Positions 58,936-64,000 of a stretch of DNA of 64,000 nt are shown one piece after another; position 1 is the stretch's first letter, and each line of letters opens with the position of its first letter. The position numbers and the translations under genes were made by a program. Where the stretch lies: contig CM097884.1 in assembly GCA_044892505.1 (NCBI GenBank), forward strand, positions 68,696,001 to 68,760,000. The letters are read 5' to 3'. The stretch comes from Schmidtea nova. Taxonomy: Eukaryota. The notes beneath the pieces were generated by a model, which was not told the origin of the DNA, ran no database searches, and saw only the letters and a list, made by a program, of their open reading frames with translations.

Positions 58936-60208
58936 CAGGATAAACCAATAAGTTTTGTCCGGTGAAACATGTATAAATTTCAAAACATCAAAAATGTCAA
59001 TCATTAGTGTCAGAGAGATGTTCAAAATATGCACCATTATGAAGGACACATATGCACCATCGATCAACCAAGCGTCCAGAACCACTTGAATTTCATCAAC
59101 TGCGTTGAAATCTCTTCCACGACTCGCAGATTTCAAAGGGGAAAACAAATAAAAATCGGATGGTGCGAGGTCTGGGGAGTAAGGATGATGTGGCTGAACA
59201 GTAAAACCAAAGTCAGTATGTTTTTGCACAGATTTGGCTGCCGTTTGGGGTCGTGCATTGTCGTGGAGATAGTGAATTTGATGAAACCCACCACAAAGAA
59301 GACGGCGTCGCTTTTGTTGTATTGTCGTCAGCAGACGGGACAGCTGTTCGCAGTAAACATCGGCAGTGATTGTAGCACCCTGCGGCAGAATATCCATCAT
59401 AATCACACCTCTACAGTCCCAAAAGACGGACATGAGATGTTTTCTGGGTGAGACCTGCGCCTCTCCACGAACGGTGGTGATAGGTTCCGTCGTTGTTCCA
59501 ATAGATCCAGACTTCGTCCATTGTAATGAGCTGACTGAGGAAGTCATTAGCAGCATATTTGCACAGCAGCTCATTGCATATTTTCTCACGGTTGGCCATT
59601 TGTTGCTCGGACAACTTGTGCGGGACCCAGTGGTTGCACAGGTAACGCATGCCCATTGCAAGCAGATGATTTCGAATTGTCTGCTGACAAACTCCAAGCT
59701 CCACGCTTATTTCCACAGTACTGTTGTGTTCCTCCAAAAGAGCTAGAATTTTGTCGACGATATCAAGAAAGGGCCTCCAACATCGCTCTTTGTCTTCAAC
59801 ATCAAAGTTTCCTTCCTTGAAGTTTGCAACCCAGCGTCGATAAGTGCGCTCATTTGTTGTGTCCTTCCCCAGTGTCAAATTTATTTCATTTCAATCTGGA
59901 AAGGCACTAATACACTTTCCAATTGTAGTAGATTAACTTGCAGATGTCCTCTCGTGCGAAATTCATTTCAAATCGACGTATTCTAATGAAAACAAAAAGT
60001 ATTTCCGTCAAACAAGAAATTTATTAAAAGTGCTTAATCCACATATCAAAGTTAATAGCAATGTTAAAAATTATTAATAATGGATTTTTTTAAATTTTAC
60101 AAATCTACAACATATATAGCATGGCACATAAAGTTGCAGACCTATACACTCATTATAGCATTGGAAAGCTGAGTATGAGCACCGCACAAAACTTATTGGT
60201 TTATCCTG
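58936..60208 (-). mobile_element. Full-length (1273 bp) mariner element with frameshifted DD34D transposase
   Basis: TIR CAGGATAAACCAATAAGTTTTGT(C/G)CGGTG with TA TSD at both ends. Motifs WVPHKL, ITMDEVWI, LHDNARP, HPYSPDLAPSDFYLF split over two frames. Confidence 0.95.
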
Positions 60209-61101
60209 TACTTAGCCTTCTTCTAATTAATCATTACACAACACTCATAGATCTAGTATACTTATAACGTTATCCTGCTTATTGTCCTACCTTATTTTTA
60301 TCCTTATCGAGTTCACTAATCCTAAATAGAGTAAAATTATAAATTCTAGGACCTTTTCAGGGTATGGAAGCAAAATAAATTGTATAGTAATTTTATGGGG
60401 GATGTTGCCAGAAAAGACAGGTAGATCTCTAAGAGAATAAAGGCAGATCACGGTGCAAATTTAAAAAAAACTTATAAAATTTCAAAGCATAACTTGGAAA
60501 TAATGGCTCAAATATTTGGAAAATTTGTGTGTAGAAGCAAAAATTGGTGCATAAGCTAGATCGCAATTCGACTAAATTAACAGCGAAATTATTATTAACA
60601 GCGAAAAGACCACTATGAAAAGTAAATTGGAATTGTAGATCAGTGAATAACCAATCTCGATTAAGTTTAGGTAAAAAACAAAACTGCCTTCAATAGACAC
60701 AGGTAATTAATTGGTAGGTATGGATACAAAGTTCGATAAGCGAGCTGACTGTTAAAGTAGCCTATCGATATACAATACCAATGTGGACGTGCCCAGTCAT
60801 GCTCATGAGTATATTTCGTAGGATAACGATTGAGGAGTCGTGAGAATTCTATCTGATGACTCTTTACAACATTCGACACCATGGAAATTCAAGGTCAGGA
60901 ACCCGTCAAAAATCCACCAGTAAATTTTTTTTCGTATCATCTCATTTTGCCACAATATCGTGTTCTATGAGGTATTTCAAAATTAATACTTCAATCAGAC
61001 CAGACCTGCATAACGCATGGACTGCGGACAACTTGTGGCCCGTTCGCTTATATTTTTATATAGTACTATTTATACTTATATTAATTCGTTTTTTTACATT
61101 A

Positions 61102-61161
61102 TATAGATCAAAAATATTTTTTAATAAATACACAATATTTTGGCACAACCTTTTTCAAGTG
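61102..61161 (+). repeat. Single-arm (non-palindromic) relative of the 18.3-kb palindrome arm
   Basis: TATAGATCAAAAATATTTTTTAATAAATACACAATATTTTGGCACAACCTTTTTCAAGTG aligns with 18282-18342. Confidence 0.7.
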
Positions 61162-61589
61162 AAAACACACTATTTTGATCTAGAGTATTCCAGTTATGGA
61201 AATTATTGATAAACTCAAAAATGTTAAATAAAATTTTTTTCAAAAAATTCTTATTTTTGTTAAATGAAATCAAAACTACTGAAAAAATATATATAAATTA
61301 AAATAAATTAAAAATTGTAATAAACTCATAACAAGACGACAGATTTTCTCGAATTATGTGAACTTTGGATCTTTTTTAACGAATGGGAAGTTTTTGCCTG
61401 AAAGTGAAGTTGTCAAATATTTCAATTCGTTTATTGAATTACTTTGAGGTTGCGATAATTTTGAAATAATGCTGACAAATGCGTCTATAATAGATTTCCT
61501 GTCTTCTATTGTCGTATCGAATACTTTAACTGAATAAATATTATAATTATAGCTCCGAAAATTGACATGGTACACAAAATAATTTACGT

Positions 61590-61982
61590 NNNNNNNNNNN
61601 NNNNNNNNNNNNNNNNNNNNNNNNNNNNNNNNNNNNNNNNNNNNNNNNNNNNNNNNNNNNNNNNNNNNNNNNNNNNNNNNNNNNNNNNNNNNNNNNNNNN
61701 NNNNNNNNNNNNNNNNNNNNNNNNNNNNNNNNNNNNNNNNNNNNNNNNNNNNNNNNNNNNNNNNNNNNNNNNNNNNNNNNNNNNNNNNNNNNNNNNNNNN
61801 NNNNNNNNNNNNNNNNNNNNNNNNNNNNNNNNNNNNNNNNNNNNNNNNNNNNNNNNNNNNNNNNNNNNNNNNNNNNNNNNNNNNNNNNNNNNNNNNNNNN
61901 NNNNNNNNNNNNNNNNNNNNNNNNNNNNNNNNNNNNNNNNNNNNNNNNNNNNNNNNNNNNNNNNNNNNNNNNNNNNNNNNNN
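61590..61982. other. Assembly gap (393 N)
   Basis: Run of N. Confidence 1.
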
Positions 61983-62580
<598 letters not shown>

Positions 62581-63057
62581 TCAAATAGTTCACACTTTGA
62601 AATTAACGTTTTGAATTTCAATCCAAAACCAAATTCGAATTCAGGCGAATAAACAATCCATAAAAATCTAAGAAACCAGAAGCGAGCAATAAAAATTCCA
62701 AATATCGAAACTAAAATTCTAAATCTAAAATTCAAAGCTTCCTCTAAATTCCATAATCGAAACCATATTCAAAAATTCTAAATCTAAAATACTCAATTGG
62801 AGTATTAAAACAAACGAGTCTAAAAAATCAATTAAATCAAATTAACAAATTATTCTACATAAATCCAAAATTACCAATTCTCCAACTACAACTAGAGCGC
62901 GCACACAGACGCGAATACCACATAAATGCAGCGCACACAGACGCTGATAGAACATAAATCAAACCAACAACTGCACACAGGCCCATACAAAGATCCAAAC
63001 ATACAGCTCTGCGCACACAGACGCGAGAGACTGTAAAAGGCAGAAAGCCAAAGTTTG

Positions 63058-64000
63058 CTACACGCAAGCTTTGGCTGAAACATTTCCCCCCACCTTGATC
63101 CCTTCTAGCGGATCAACCGACCTATTCATCTCTGGGGGACCAACCTTCAAATTCCTAACTTTATTCTTCCACTTCGGCTTATACTCCAATTCGCTCGCTT
63201 TTATTTTACTTTCAAGATCTTCTATCTTTGAATGAAGTTGTGTTACTAAATCCGACTTATCAACAAGAACTTCATTATCAACATTTGAACCATGATCAAC
63301 TTTGTCAAATGATTCCATTTTATTGCCACTAATTGCATCTTTACCTTCTATCGGAAGATACGCTGACTGCTCACTACCTGTTTTCTCTGCAATCATAACT
63401 GGGCAATTTATAAGTTCAGTCGCTTCTTCCTTTTTACATTTAATACTAGAATTTCCGATAACATCTTCATAATTTCCTAGATCTGTGTCAATATCGTTAA
63501 TTTTTCCATTTTCCCTTTTATCAACATTGGAATTTTCAACTATTGCTTGCTCAATGTTTTCACCATTAAAAGAGTTCTCTCCAATAATTTCCCCAAAATT
63601 ACAATTTTCTTCAATATCGCTAATATTTTCCACAATTTTCTCATCGACCATGCAGTTTTCTTTAATATCGTTAATATTTTCTACAATTTTCTCATCGACA
63701 ATGCCGTTTTCTTCAAAATTATATTCATTTACTGCTTGCTCATTTTTTACTGACATTGTAGATTCAATTTCCGTCATTACTTCTTGCACTAAATCGTTTG
63801 AAGAAGTATTTATTCCATCTTCGCTTGCAATATCAACCGACTCAGAGTTACCCACCTTTTCACTAGACACACCACTATTCGCTGCGCTATTCTCACCTCG
63901 ACCTGAATTCAAGTCACCATTACCAGTCCGAACCTTACCAAGAACTACTTCCTGAGCTTTAGGTGCAAAACTCTCGATACATTCTTCTTCACACTGTTCT
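63058..64000 (-). CDS. Acidic low-complexity ORF, open to the window edge, unknown product
   Basis: The frame remains open upstream of 63912 (EQCEEECIESFAPKAQEVVLGKVRTG). Internal 51-bp duplication VDEKIVENI(N/S)DI(K/E)ENC at 63604-63705. Confidence 0.6.
   Translation of the reverse strand, partial: EQCEEECIESFAPKAQEVVLGKVRTGNGDLNSGRGENSAANSGVSSEKVGNSESVDIASEDGINTSSNDLVQEVMTEIESTMSVKNEQAVNEYNFEENGIVDEKIVENINDIKENCMVDEKIVENISDIEENCNFGEIIGENSFNGENIEQAIVENSNVDKRENGKINDIDTDLGNYEDVIGNSSIKCKKEEATELINCPVMIAEKTGSEQSAYLPIEGKDAISGNKMESFDKVDHGSNVDNEVLVDKSDLVTQLHSKIEDLESKIKASELEYKPKWKNKVRNLKVGPPEMNRSVDPLEGIKVGGNVSAKACV

Overview
AT-rich, repeat-dense eukaryotic (animal) DNA with 50-65 nt GT-AG introns and a 393-nt N gap. 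The composition and transposon mix suggest a planarian-type flatworm (inference only). The main feature is a young, 5'-truncated Ty3/Gypsy LTR retroelement (40351-52012, minus). Its single uninterrupted ~2900-codon ORF reads Gag - Bcl-2-like domain - signal/TM - chuvirus-type class III fusion glycoprotein - protease - RT - RNase H - integrase - small FN3-like membrane protein. A second ORF follows, carrying a catalytically dead DEDDh (REX4/ISG20-like) exonuclease domain. The element lies between two copies of a 5-kb duplication, and three ~99% identical copies of a 9-exon FERM-domain gene (599 aa) surround it, one inverted. Also present: a tandem pair of minimal type I hammerhead ribozymes 384 nt apart (retrozyme-like, each preceded by a U1-5'-end-like motif); four decayed copies of an LTR family, three with a coiled-coil ORF antisense to gag and one with two arrays of covarying RNA hairpins; a decayed Polinton-like DNA polymerase; a second Gypsy element with TA-tract LTRs; MULE, mariner, hAT and PIF elements; long fold-back palindromes; and a calmodulin N-terminus joined to a frame-preserving tandem array. 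All protein calls are from motif recognition by eye; no searches were run.
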